From: the human T2T-CHM13v2.0 reference genome, Homo sapiens
DNA: 64,000 bases
Strand: one strand, 5' to 3'
Assembly: GCF_009914755.1 (NCBI RefSeq)
Contig: NC_060935.1
Shown: positions 1 through 13,639 of the stretch, one piece after another
How the letters are laid out: every line of letters starts with the position of its first letter
Position numbering within the stretch: the stretch's first letter is position 1
The notes under the pieces: generated by a model
Database searches by the model: none
Seen by the model: only the letters and a program-made list of their open reading frames with translations
Told to the model about the DNA's origin: nothing
Translations under genes and position numbers: made by a program

Positions 1-322
1 CAGAAACAAATAGGACTTGAGGTTCCCGTGGGCAAAGGTTAAATCTTCAAATCCGCCCTCGAGTGAGATCCCTTTGAGATGCCACTTAGGAGCATGCTAT
101 CTCCCTTGCTGGAGATAGTCTTTGTTTACATTTGTTCATCTTCTGTAATATGGATGCCAGTCCCGTCATTTTCAAAACGGTCTCAGTGTAGACACTACAT
201 TATATGTTCACTGTACATTTAAATCATTCCAGACTCAAAAGCAGTTCTCTTGTGTTTAAATATCCTAAGCCATTACATATTGATAGAGACTACCGTTGTC
301 TGTCAAAAACCTTCTTTGTCAA

Positions 323-372
323 ATTCATTCATTCATTCATTCATTCATTCATTCATTCATTCATTCATTCAT
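323..372. repeat. (ATTC)12 microsatellite, probably an expanded L2 3' tail (minus)
   Basis: Perfect ATTC tandem array; (TGAA)n is the typical L2 3' terminus. Confidence 0.9.
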
Positions 373-2000
373 ATGTAAGGCATAACTTACTCTATAGACT
401 ATAATCTCTGCCCTCACACAGCTTACATTTTAGAGAGAAAGCACAGACATCAGATGACATAACAGATGATATGCGTTAGTGGTTATTGACTATCAAACTT
501 AAGTAGTGGAATCCTCTCTCTCTCTGCCAATAAAATCCTCTATTAAAATTTTATCGAGTTGCAAAATCTGAGCTGCTATTTTGGGGTTGGGGTAGAGGGG
601 AGGTATAGGAATTCAAGGTTTTGTAGTCTAGTGCTCACTATCTCATTCTCACAGCTGTTCATATTGTCTCTCTCCCACCGTCTCTCCTCGCTTTCTCTAA
701 CCCTCACAGAGACACCTACAGAGGTTCAGAGGAAACCTTTGGCATTTTATGAACTGCAGCTAAAAGGATAAACAGTTTCCCATTGTTCAGGAGAGCACAG
801 TGCAATTGAGAAAACAGTGCATAAACATATGAAACTTTACATAACAATGAAAAATTGAACAAGTCAGAACAAAAGAAAAGATGTCCAAGACCTTGAGAAT
901 TAAATAGCTCATAATTCTAATAAATGTTAGAGGAATTTTAAGGCAGGAGAGGTCACACCGGGCAGGAAATTTTAAATTTAGTTTTAGTTAATTTTTTTAG
1001 AGTTCAGGGATTTTAATGAGAAGAAATTCCATATATCTAGTCAAATACCCTCGTGATCTGTCTTGCTCATTTCCAAGTGCACTGTTGTCAGCAGCAATAG
1101 AAAATAGCTGAAAAGACTTCTTGCCTTCCACATTAGCCCATAATCCACAAATGATAAATGATTCTACCTGTGTTTCATGTAGAGGGTGGTGAGGGTGGGT
1201 ACCCAACTCTCTTCCATGAAGAATCAATGGCATTCACCTAAGGCATCAGGTGTGGGAGAAAGAGCAGTAGTGAACACGTAAAGTGCATTGGACTTGTCAG
1301 AGGAAGTTATCAAATAAATGTGTGTTATTATTGTCTATTGAGTATTGTTCAACATAGTCCAATTGAAATTCCTTAAAGATTTAAACCATACTTTTCTGTA
1401 ATACTCTATTTTTACAATTCCCTGATTAAACGAAAGCTTATTAATCATGCTCATTAATCTGTCAATGCCTGCATTAGGCAGAAGGAATACAGCTGTGTCA
1501 GGCAATCACTCCCTTCAGGGATCTGGCAGTCTTGATGTGATGAAGATGATGACAATAGAATGTGGCTCATGCATGGGGGGAGGGATGCCGCAGAGGCAAG
1601 GGGAAGACAGGAGGCCACAGAACCAGACTGCTGTGGGTGGTTTCTGGGAGGAGCTGAGACCCGAGCTGAGACCCAGAGAATGAGGATGAATTAGCATAAT
1701 CAACACATTTTGAAAGGGCATTCCAGGCAGCAGAGGTACCGTGTCACGAAGCACAGAGATAGAGGGAGTCAAATGCTCTGAAAACACAAGAGGCTCCATG
1801 AGGCTGACGAATTGAGCAGGGCCATGCATGAGTGGCCTTGAACACAGTCGTAGGGCATGGCTGCTTCCGATAGGTAATAAGACCAATAACACAAGTGGTG
1901 AGACATCTACTCTGCTCTTAAGACGCTTACAATAGAGTTGTTCAGAAAGACCAAACATACACTGATACATTTACAAACACATAGAATTCATGATAAAGAG

Positions 2001-2160
2001 ATTCATGTTTTAACAAATATTTATTGAGTGTCAACTTGTTTGAGGCACTGATTATGGATGCTCCGTCAGTGAATGCTATGGGATTCCTGCCTTCTATGGA
2101 GGAGGCAGGTGGTAAAGAGATAACCAAACAAATACCAATATAACAGCAAACCTTAATAAG
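2001..2160 (-). mobile_element. L2 3'-end fragment
   Basis: aacaaatatttattgagtg...gaggcactg resembles the reverse complement of the L2 3' end. Confidence 0.6.
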
Positions 2161-2423
2161 GACTGTGAAGACATGCCAAAGCAATAAGACCTCCATCCAC
2201 TAAAAAGTGCTGAGTGATCACTATGTGCCAACCACTTGCCCTGAACCTTTGTTTCCCTTTCTCTGGTGCTGTCCATGGCCTGCCACCCAGATTCCCAATT
2301 CAGGGCTAAAGCACTCCTGCCCCAGCTGCCTGGTGTACGGTCTGCTGAGCCCTCTGGGGAACTGAGGCAATGGGCTGTCTCTTCCTATGTTATGCTCACT
2401 CAATGCCTTGTTGAATGAATTAT

Positions 2424-2800
2424 TTCATTCAACAAATATCAGCTATTTTGTGCCAGGCACAGGTCTATGCATGGGTCCACGCTAGTGAAAAGGACAGACA
2501 AAGTGTCTGCCGTGGAAGAGCTTAGATTCCAGAGAGGAGAGCCAGTCAACAAACCAATAACATGGAATTTGTCAATGGGTCAGTGATGCAGGAAAAAATA
2601 AATCAAGCAGGTTGAAGTGGGATGGGAGGTGGGGAGATATGTGGGAAAGACTATTCTATCCTGAGTGGACAGAGAAGGTCTCTTGGGTAACACATAAGCT
2701 GAGGAAGTAAGACATGAACATGTAGGGGTGGTGGGAGAAACAAAGGCATTTAAGCAGCAAAAGATGGACACTACACAATCCATGCATCAAAGAGCATGAC
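2424..2800 (-). mobile_element. L2 3'-end fragment, tail-to-tail with a + strand L2 end at ~2330-2420
   Basis: ttcattcaacaaatat...tgtgccaggcac...gagcttagattccag are characteristic L2 reverse-strand motifs. Confidence 0.7.
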
Positions 2801-3623
2801 GATTCATAAAAGGATACCTCAGAACCCCACTCGGACCCAACTAACATGCATAGAAGATAAGTTGCATAAATCTGGTTATATTCTACCCACTTCCTCTGGC
2901 CAACCACAGTGAACACACCCCTGACTAGGAGCTAAAAAGTGTGGATTCTAGACTTGCAGTTTAATTATGCACAGCAGCAAGATAAAGACCGGTGATTCCT
3001 TTTCAGCCTGTCTTGCATGATTGCTGTGAGGTTTTGATGAGACAATAATATAAAAGGAATAAGAACTAATAAGAACAGCAATTGTCAAACTTTTTTCCTC
3101 AGGACCCCATGACATTCTTAAACAATTATTGAGGACTTCTAACAACTTGCTTTGTAGTATTATGCTTATCAACATTTGCCATGTTAGAAATTTGAATAAT
3201 TTTTTTAAAAATAATGATTCTTTTTTTAAAAAACACTGATAAACCCATTACATTTTAACGTAAGTACCTATTACGATGAAAAATAAATATTTTCCAACAT
3301 AAAGATCAGTAAAGACAGTTTTGACATTTTGGTAAATAATGCCAATGTCTGCCATAATAGAGACAGGTGGATCCCCACATCTGCTTCCACACTCAGTCTA
3401 TTCAATAGATTGTTCTGGTTGACATATGTGAAGAAAATGTAGCCTCCCTCATAAAGTGAGGGAGTTAGGAAATAAAGCATTTAATAGCCCTTTCAGACAA
3501 TTGTGTGTATTATTCTTTTGTGTACACCAAAACTCAACAAATGGTAGTTTCTTAAAGCTTAATTTCAGAATCTGAGACCATGTCAATGAATGTTTTGTAC
3601 TCTGTTCCATTAAAATTCATTGG

Positions 3624-3989
3624 GCCATCCTTCCCAATGTGGGCAGGCATCATACAATTCACTGAGGGCCTGAACAGAACAGAAAGGCAGAGGGAGAGTT
3701 TGCTCTTTCTGCCTGCCTGCTCAGGCTGGAACAGGAACCCGCTCCTGCCCTCTAGCTCACACTTATACCACTGACCCTCCTGGCCTCAGGCCTTCAGGCT
3801 GTCAGCCTTGGACTAGAACTTCCACTGTTGGTTCTGCTGGTACTCAGGCCTTTGGACTCCAACTGGAACTACACCATCTGCTCCCCTGGGTCTTGTGCTT
3901 GGAGAAGGCAGGTCTTGGGACTTCTCAGCCTCCGTAATCATCACATGAGCCAATTCCTTTCTCTCTCTCTCTCTCTCTTCACACATACA

Positions 3990-4020
<31 letters not shown>

Positions 4021-4118
4021 CTACTTCCTATATATATATCTACATATATATAGGATAATATATATCTATATAGAGAATATATATATATATATACACACAT
4101 ATACATATATATATAGAT

Positions 4119-4149
<31 letters not shown>

Positions 4150-4190
4150 TCCTACTGGTTCTGTTTCTCTGGAGAACCTTGCCTAATATA
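3624..4190 (+). mobile_element. MLT2 (ERVL) LTR, 5'-truncated
   Basis: cccaatgtgggcaggcatc...gagggcctgaacagaac; typical end cctactggttctgtttctctggagaacc...taatata; internal microsatellite typical of MLT2. Confidence 0.85.
3960..4149. repeat. Compound microsatellite (TC)n-(TACA)n-(TA)n-(GA)n
   Basis: Directly visible. Confidence 0.95.
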
Positions 4191-5660
4191 GATTCCTTTT
4201 TTGCTCCACATATCATTTTGGAACATTACATATTGGTTATGTAGAGGATCTTTATTCACTGCGATATGCATATCTTCCAAATGTTGACATACTTCGTTAT
4301 ACGAAAGTTAAAAAAAAATCACATCTGTTAATATTGCCACCAATCTCATCAGAAATGTCTTTAGGCACTGGGAACCTGTCAAGCTCATGAAAGCAAATAC
4401 AAGTTTTCCAAAGTTCTAATTTTAGCTCAAAAGCTCAAATTCCATTTTTAGCAACAAATGCTGTCAGTGGTTTTCGTCCAAGTGACAGGCCCACATTATT
4501 CATTTTCAAGAAAAGATCTGCTAGATACTCAAGTGTGAATAATGTTGAGTTATATGTCAGTTGTTTTTTCAAATACAGTGCTGTTGTGGGGGTGGGATGG
4601 CTACTTGAGCTGGCAACCAAACAGTCTAACAGGTGATTTTTCCTTGGGAAAACATTGTACTTTGTGCTTTGGGCATACTGCTATTTCATCTCACAGAATG
4701 CTGAAAACTCATGCGTTCCAGGGTTGAGATGTAATCAAATTAATTTATGCTGGCTCAACAAGAATATTCTTAAGTTAAAGTGACTTTTTTTTTTTTTACT
4801 GTGAGTTTGTGGCAGTGAGGAATGCAATGACTGCTAGCAAAGCCAATGATGCTACATTGATTAGTGCCAAGGCTCCACCATGTGAAACCTCCATTGCTTT
4901 TGTACTAACAGGACAAATTGGGAAAGGCTAACAATGTCTTAGTATTACCTTGAAAACAGCTTTGACCTCACAGCAATAAGAGTTTCAACCTCACAAACCC
5001 TCTGAAAGGGTCTTGAGTATCCTCAGGGGTCAATGAATCTTACTTTGAGAACCATTGCCAAAGTAGAAACTTAAAGGGACTGAAGTCAACAGGGCAGGAG
5101 GAAGATGTATGGTGACTAAAGATAAATGATATCTCAGCAGCAAAAATTGATGCTTGGTATCTTGATGGCAAAGAAGAATAAGAAAAAAATATAGAAAGTA
5201 TTCAAAAGCATAGCGACTTGGGGCTATCTTTTGCAGAAGCAAATAATCATGCACTTCAACAGCTCCAGAGAGAATCGCCAAACTTCAGCACTGCACAATA
5301 AACACAGTTCACAAAGACGACCTTGAGTCATTAAAATAAGTTTACAAAATATCACATATACTACGTTTAACAAGCCAAAGAAGGGAAAGTGTTCTCTTAG
5401 GAAGCATTCCTTAGAAAGAGCTCTGGAGCAATAATTGAAATTTTAAAAATTGCTTTGGAGTTTTATTTAGATATTTACTTGTGTGGACTAGCTCATTTCA
5501 TATGATGGATAAACAAAGCATTTCATGAATTAAATGCTATCCCATGAAATTTGGTAGAATGACTTGTTCCACTTTATAGATGGGCAGTAGGGCTGAGTGA
5601 GGTTAATGATGTACCTGAGGATACTGAGTGAACCCAAGGAGAACAGAGCATGAGTCAGGT

Positions 5661-6896
5661 TCTGAAAAAGTGAAATAAGTATTTGGTATTTGGTCTTCCT
5701 CCCCTCTCCTGACAAACAGCTCATAAAACCCTTAGAATCTCTGCAGCTGTAAGAGTGTCCTTTGTATGCTAATGCCATGACTGGGGACTGAGGGCTCCTA
5801 GATAGCTCAGGCTGGCAGCTGGTCACCAGAAAAGCAACCAAGCATATGGAGGAAAGAGGGGCTGCAGGCTGAGTTGACCACCAATGGCCAATTATGTAAT
5901 TAATCATGCCTAGGATATGAAGCCTCTATGAAATTGCAAAAGGACTGGGTTCGAGCAGGTTCTGGAAAGGGGAACACATGGAGGTTCTAAATGGTGGTGC
6001 ATCCAGAAAGGTCAAGCAAGCTCCATGCTCCTTCCCCATACCTGACGCTATACATCTCTTCAATCTGACGGTTTATCTGGATCCTTGGTAATTCTCTTTG
6101 TAATACATGGGTAAACAAAAAAATGGTGTTTCTCTGATTTCTGTGAGCTGATCTGCAAATTAATTAGACCCTGGGAGCAAGTAGCAAGAACTTGGCCTTA
6201 TAGCTGTGTTTTAGTCCATTCTCATACTGCTAATAAAGACATACTCGAGACTGGATAATTTATAAAAGAAAGAGGTTTAATTGACTCACAGTTCTGCAGG
6301 GCTGGGGAGGCCTCAAGAAATTTACAATCATGGCAGAAAGGGAAGGAAACATGTCCTTCTTCACATGATGGCAGGAAGGAGAAGTGCCAAGCGAAAGGGG
6401 AAAAGCCCCTTATAAAATCATCAGATCTCCTGAGAATTCACTCACTATCACGAGAACAGCATGAGGGTAACCACGCCCATGATTAAATTACCCTTCACTG
6501 GGTCCCTCCCATGACACTTAGGAATTATGGAAACTACAATTCAAGGTGACATTTGGGTGGGAACATAGAACTAAACCATATCAAGCTGTTCTGGAATAAA
6601 TATAGGTGACAATGTACTACTTGCAATTTTTTGAAATGGGGGCCAGTCTTGTGAGTCTGAGCACTAAATCTGTGGGATCCAACACTATCTTCAGGTAGAG
6701 AATAGAATAGAATAAGTAGCAGTACGTGCAACTAGTGTCCACTGGAGAATTACTTGCTGGTGGGAAGAATCCCCCCACCGCACCGCCCCCGCCACACACA
6801 CACTTTTTGGTGATCAGAGGTGAAGTATTCAGTGTTCTGTGTTGACTGTGTAAGAGAAGAAAAAACACTTTGTTTCTTTCCTACCATATCTCTCAG
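5661..6896 (+). mobile_element. MER21 (MER21B-like) LTR, split by a THE1 LTR
   Basis: atttggtcttcctcccctctcctg...aaaacccttagaatctc...gtatgctaatg; resumes after 6588 with tgtgggatccaacactatcttcaggtag. Confidence 0.75.
6207..6583 (-). mobile_element. THE1 (MaLR) solo LTR, THE1C/D-like
   Basis: Termini tgttttagtcc...aaccatatca; 5-bp TSD AGCTG at 6202-6206 and 6584-6588. Confidence 0.92.
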
Positions 6897-7974
6897 GATG
6901 TGTGCCATTTCCACACCACCTTTCCTGAGGCTGCCTGGTGGGCTTCCCTGTACCAACAACCTGTGAAATTGAAAACTTCAGCCTCTCTGAGGATTTGAGC
7001 CCCACACAGGAGATCACAGGAAAGCTGGGTGTCCAGCAACATTGACATGAACTCTGTTCATTGGTCATTCTGAGCTGGAAGCGAGTGGCATTGGAAAAGA
7101 GATGATGATTTATAATATCTGAATAATGCAGTGGTGTTTGCTTCCTGGCTAGAGTCTCCTTGGTAAGGCTCTTAGAGCAGGTTCCTCTGCCATAAGACAT
7201 ACAGAAATGCAAGCTCAATTACATTGCATAACCTCTCTAGAAGGGGGGAAGAATGGTCATCCAATGATGAAGACAATATTTCTTAATTCCCTGATCCATC
7301 TCTTAGATAAACATGAAATTCATGGCAGTAAAGTGAAATTCTACAGAAAGAGGATGGCTGGTAACCGTGCCTGGATAATTAGGTTTTGCTAGAAGGCAAC
7401 ACTCAAGTTTGTATCTGGAAATTGCCCCTGAAGGTCAGACATGGAGAGGGACAGGGGTAGCAAGGATGAACAAATACCCAGACCTTGGGGGAAAGAGGGT
7501 CCAGAGTCCCAACAAGGCCATGACCACTCTGCACCTGCTGCTGCAATCTCTGTCCACATCAGAAGTGATAGAACTTCTCCCTTACCAATTATCCAGATTA
7601 ATCAAGTTAAAAATACCCACTTATCCAACAGTGAAGCCAGAACTTTGGAAGATTTGACTTGTCTGCCTAATTGCCTCAAGTCTCTTCTCCCAACTCCTCT
7701 GTAAATACAATCTTCCAGTTTCACTTTGAAAGATCTCACTACATCAGCAATGCACATCATTTCACGTCTTTCCCTCTTCATTTTGTTCCATTCAACACCA
7801 TCTCTTTTCTCAACACTATCACATACTCACTGAAACACTATTTTCTATCACTGAGCACAAAATAGTGTATTAAGGACATTGTCACACATTCAGATGAAAG
7901 GGCTGAGTTCTCAGATCTCTAAACCTAGAGTGGGCGCCTGGACAGCAATAACAAGCTTTCCAGGAAACTCTAGT

Positions 7975-8125
7975 GTAGTCCTCACACCAGAAGCACTTGG
8001 TGTCCTTAGGGAACTAGCTAAAAATGCAGAATCTCAGATCCCATTGCAGATGTCCTGAAGAGCATCTGTAGTTTACCAAGATTCCACGTGATTCTCACGT
8101 GCATCATCACCCTTGAGAAGCCCTG
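7975..8125. mobile_element. MER5-like hAT MITE fragment
   Basis: aaaatgcagaatctcag...tttaccaagattccacgtgattctc...ttgagaagccctg. Confidence 0.6.
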
Positions 8126-8439
8126 CTGTACCACACTGCAAGGATTGAGAGGAGCTGAGGGTTAGGGAATCTGGGATTAGAGCATGCTTTGCCACAGTGA
8201 GGTATATCTCCTGAGCCATTTGACCTTTGAGGACATTCATCTTCTCACCTGCCAATGGAGGTGCACAGACTGCTAGATAAATAGTCCCCAAACTTTGCTG
8301 GTCAGTCATCTGTGGCATTTAAGTAGCTTTCTAAAAATACATATTATTGGGCCCCTCCCCTGGGAATTATGGCTCCATAGTGTCTGAAATGCTGATAGGT
8401 TTGACTATTGCTAGTCTAGCTACTGTGCATATTTCTGAA

Positions 8440-8620
8440 ATTCAAAGAGACCTAGGTTCAAACACAGCTCAGACACAGTACAGCCATGTAGTCTTGGGCA
8501 AGTAATTAACTGCTTTGAGACTCAGTTTCTTCATCCTGTAAATGGAAATAATATTATCAACTCCCTGGAGTTTGAACTACTAAATAGTTTCTGTAATTTA
8601 TGTAACTTAGCACATAAACA
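8440..8620 (+). mobile_element. MIR
   Basis: Core cttgggcaagtaattaac...ctcagtttcttcatc..gtaaatggaaataata. Confidence 0.8.
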
Positions 8621-8759
8621 AAATACATTTCATGACTTTTTCTCTTGTTTCTGTGAACTCCTGCCACCCCTCCCTTTCCTTGGCTGCCTTCCCAGCAGAT
8701 GGAGAAGATTTCCCTCCAAAGGCCTCTGCAGCTGCTGCACTCCCTCTGAACTCTTCTTC

Positions 8760-9125
8760 CAAAAAGTGCTTGTGTCCCCATCTCCTTCATGTCTCTGTCT
8801 GGAAGTTATCACCAGGGAGGCTGTCGCAGACTGCCACATGGAATATCACAAATATTCCCCACCCCAGCCTCCTAATCTTGCCTATGTTTTTATCAGGGGA
8901 CTTCACACCACGTGACATTATACTGTATATGTACTCGTGTATTTGTTTATTGTCTGACACCCACCCCATCCTACCCACCGCCTCCAGCCTGGCCACTAGA
9001 ATGTAAGCTCCACGAGAGCAAGAACTATGCTTAGTTCATGGCTTAATCTCTAATGTCTGGAATATGGCCTGGTACAAAACAGCGGCTCTACAATTATTTG
9101 TTAAGTAAAAGAATGAATAAATAAA
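8760..9125 (+). mobile_element. L2 3' end
   Basis: ctagaatgtaagctccacgagagcaag...gcctggtaca...gaatgaataaataaa. Confidence 0.8.
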
Positions 9126-9339
9126 AGTTTCCATTAATCAAATATCTCTACTTTTATTAGTTATTCTTGTTTTGATGGTCCTCGCCTTAACAAACTACTT
9201 TTTATCTGGGAAAATGGGCAAATCATTGATGCTTTCTCGGGGTTTTTCAAATTAACGCCACGCAGAGTAAGCCCCTCTATTGATTAACAATAAATTAAAC
9301 ATATGACTTGGGATCTGCAATATTTTTTTCTTTACTTCT

Positions 9340-10460
9340 TTTCACACAATTAAAAAATGAGTAAACTCCCTGATAAAAGATTCAAACAATTAAGAAGTGT
9401 GTTATATGTACAAGATGTGAAAGTAGCTCCTACTCATGACTACCCTCTTCTCATTCCCTTCCCCAGAGGAAAGCATGGTTAGCAATTAATGCTACATCTT
9501 AATGTTACAGTTTCTGTGTAGTTATGCATACAGAGGTGTGTATATACATATCGATCTTTTTTATTTACCTAAATGGCAAAATATGCTTATTATTTTTTAA
9601 CTTTTTCATGAAATAGACCTATTCATGTCTATATGGATCTGCCACATTCTTTTTATGGGCTACATAAAAAGATACATCATAATTTATTTAAATGCTCCCC
9701 CTTGTGACAGGCATTTAGGTTGTTTCCAGTTTCTCTCTATTAGCACATTGCCATGATCGTCCTTCTACACACATTTGGTCATAATACAAGAATTTCTAAG
9801 GAAAAGATTCTTAGAAATACTCATTAAAATGTAATGAAGGCTACCCAATTGGTCTACACTGAGCTTCCTAACTTTCACTCTCCGCTAGGGTACCTGAGAA
9901 TGACCCTTTCCTTATTCACAACAAAGCCACATGTTATTTATCTCCTTGAATTTTACCAATTTCATTCTGTAAAATATCTCCTTATAGTAATTTGCAATGA
10001 ATTGATTTCTAGTGAAATCAATCATCCTTTTTATTTTTATTATCCACTTGTATTTTTTTACTGTATATTTCCTGTTTATTTAATCAATTTTTCGATTGGA
10101 CTTTTTTTTACATTTTCTTATATTATTTTCTTAGAATTCTATGTTATTTTGTGTATAGCATCTTTTTTCTTACAGATATTATGAATATTTTCTTCCAGAC
10201 TGATATGTTTCTTTTAAATTCATTTATGAATCTCTTTCACTGTAATAAGTTTTTTGACATTGCCAAATCTGTCAGCTGCTTTTATAACTTCTGCACTTTG
10301 AGTCTTAATTACAAAGTTATTCCCAAACTCACACTTATACAAATATCTTATATACTTTTTAATGCTTTTTCATTTTTATGTTTAACTCTTTTTGGAATTC
10401 ACTTTGAAGTCTTCCAGATGCGTTTTAAAAATAAAACCAAGTTCTTTATTTTGCATGATT
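9340..10460 (-). mobile_element. Ancient L1M (L1ME-like) 3' portion
   Basis: T-rich; ggcatttaggttgtttccagttt and other reverse-strand old-L1 3' motifs; highly diverged. Confidence 0.65.
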
Positions 10461-10770
10461 AACCTATACCTATCTTTAAAGTTGAGAAACTAAAAGGGAT
10501 CATAGGCTAATTGACACGTATTCAGCTCACTGCTTCACATTCCTGTCTTTTTCATTCTTGTGAATTAGGAATCATTTGATGCAGAGCTCCACCAATGCAC
10601 ACCTATATAGAGAAATAAATTCTGATCTTAAGTAGGCCAACTCCCCTTCCTACCAGGGCCATCCTCCCTTTCAGACTCATGTGGAATGTCTCCTGATAGA
10701 AGACAATGGCACAGGGAGGCTCCATGGGAGCAAGTCTGAATGATTCTGTATGAGACATAAAGCTTGTTTA

Positions 10771-11074
<304 letters not shown>

Positions 11075-13639
11075 TCAATCCTGGTCAATGTTTGTTGGAA
11101 AGAAAAAACAGCTTTTAAGAGAAACGCATGGAAAGAACCAGTTAATACTTTGGACTGAATCAGCAAGATAGAAACAGCTAGCCTGGGCAGTCCAAGATTT
11201 TCTTTCTTCCTTGATGTCTCTGAGCACATATAAAAGCTGGTGTAGGATGTGCCTCCAGCCGAGGAGTTGTAGGGTTTGCCTGGATATAGATAAATCTGCT
11301 CCCTAATCAGGACCCCAATAAGCATTCGGGGCTGGAGCCTCGGGTCCGTGTCATTAAAATGTGGTTGGTACACATTCATCCATTTTGGATCAGATATTGC
11401 ACAAAAGAAACTGAGGCAGGTAATTTTAATTATGCATGCACTTATGTGTATTTTTATAGAGATTTATTATAATGCTGTGGCTTCAAATTTGAAAAAAGAA
11501 GGAAAGAAAAAGGCCACCTAATATCTTTTCCTTTGTGGAGGGAGAGGGGTTTCCACAGAACAACAAAAAGGAACAGATAAGACCATTCTAGGCTGAGAAG
11601 TGTAAAACTAAAGGATAATAAAATCGAGCTGATGCAGTTTAAAGACTCCTCATTACCTGGCCTGAGATACGGCACCCATTGTTGCTAGTGGCTGGAGATT
11701 ATTTCTCAGCCTGCTGCAGGCTGATAACAGACTCGTCCACTGGCCTGAAGGCTCATTGTTCTGCAGGCAGGAATGACGCCTTGGACAGAAGCCGAGTCCC
11801 TGTGCAGCCCTGCTCCTCTAGCCTTCCGTCTCCCTTCAGTGGGATTACAAAGGAAAGCAAGAGTTCCCGTCACCTGAGAGGTGCTCTGGGACTTTTTCAA
11901 TCCTCCCTCCTCACACTCCAGTTACCTAATTTGGGTCAGGTAGTTCTGAAAATAAAATGCTGAAGTTTTCTTTTCCTGCAGAACAATGTCACATTAGTCA
12001 ACTTAAAAAGACTGCTCACAGCACAAATTGTCTGTACAACTCATTTTGCCCCTTAATTATATTCCACCTTGTTTTATTATTTAAAGGCATCATGTGAGTT
12101 AAGTGTTTATAGATGTTTAAAATGTAAGAGTTAGAAGTGGATCTGGAGATGCAGTTTAATGCTGTCATTTAAAAGGCTGGCACACCAACGCCCAGATGCC
12201 ATGAGGGTATGCTCACTGGAGAATACTGAGTGCGGAAATGAACTTTCTCCTCCCTCTCCCCAAGGCAGCACTGTGAGAAAGGGGTTTCTGGGTCAGAAGG
12301 AAAGGGAGCCTCACATGTTACTACAAGAATTGTGGAGATCACAGCCTCTCACAAATCTTAGTGATAATGGTCTATGAAACCAAATGAGAATCAAAGATTC
12401 TGAATTCAAAGTTCAGAGTCTTCCAGCCACTATTCAAGCTGCATTCAAAAGCCAGGAGAGCTGACAACTCCAGGGCAAAGTGTTTGGTGTCACGGTGAAC
12501 AGCAAGGTTGAATAGATGCGTTCAAGGAGGCTGTTGACATCCCTCTAGCTTCTGATCTCCACGCTGACAAACCTACAATGTGTCCCTAATCTTGTGACCT
12601 ACAGGTTGAAAGGAAGGCGTACTCCTTCATTTGGACAAAGCTAATCTTCCTATCTGGGCTTCCAACCCAGCCTCCCTCTCTTTCTGCTTAGCCTTTACTC
12701 ATGCTTCAGCTCTTGTTGATCTCTAAACTGCTCACTCTCCTCTGGCTCTTTTTCTTCAACCTATGTGAATGGCCAGTGCTTTCCTATCATTAGAAACAAC
12801 TCCTTACATTGTAAATGCTCCTGTAGCCAAAGTACACCTCTCCTTCCCTCTGCAGGCAAACTAATTATAAAAGCATGCACACTTTCTATCCATACCCCCA
12901 TCCTTTCTCAAGATACCTATCAGTGGAAATTCAATCCTGAACAACTAGTGCCTTTTTGCATAAAATGTTAGTTGTTTTCATTTTTCATAGAGTTGTATGG
13001 ATTGTAGAGGTTTGTGATCTGCACTCGTTATGTTGCTTTTTAAAACGATTTCTAAAAATCTTGTTACAGTAATACCTAACACTTGTAATTGTTATACTGC
13101 AGCTACAAAAATAATTATTTAAATCAATGTTAAAAATCTTTAGCCTTTTTTAAAAAAATTGATTCTTTCAGAAAACATCCCAAGTATTCCAAATGAGTAT
13201 TGATTGAGGTAGTTTCAGGTTAATGTATCTGCCAAAACATTACTTTATTGTTCTAAACAAGTAATTAAGAGAGCATTTTAGATTACATAACGCTCTGTGA
13301 GGACTTTAAGGTAAAGCAGCTCTACCTCTTTCTGGAAGCTCATTTTAGGGAAAAGTCTCAAACTAAATTAGGTCATTTATGGTAAACGCTGGTGGATCTC
13401 AAAACTACATATACCTCCCAGAACTCTCCTGCACTCTAAAATCATGGATCTCATCCATACTGATCCAATCACACCCAGATATCCCACAGGCACTCCACAC
13501 TCAACATGTCTAGAATTATGCTCATTGCCTCACCTCCAATTATCTTGCCTTCTGTATGTTATTGAAAGTAACCACTACCCAAACCAGTTAGTAAGAGCTC
13601 TAGAAATATTCTTGGACAACTGCTTTTGTCTTTTCTGAA

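Larger units (their letters stand above)
3076..5057 (-). mobile_element. hAT-Charlie DNA transposon (Charlie1/Charlie1a-like), interrupted by an MLT2 LTR
   Basis: Degenerate terminal inverted repeats cagcaattgtcaaac (3076) and ctttgagaaccattg (5057). Subterminal sequence (gaccctttcagagg...aatactaagacatt on minus) matches the Charlie1 consensus as recalled. No clear TSD. Confidence 0.75.

Noticed and set aside
1651-1674. 12-bp tandem duplication gagctgagaccc
   Set aside because: Ordinary slippage duplication with nothing suggesting function.
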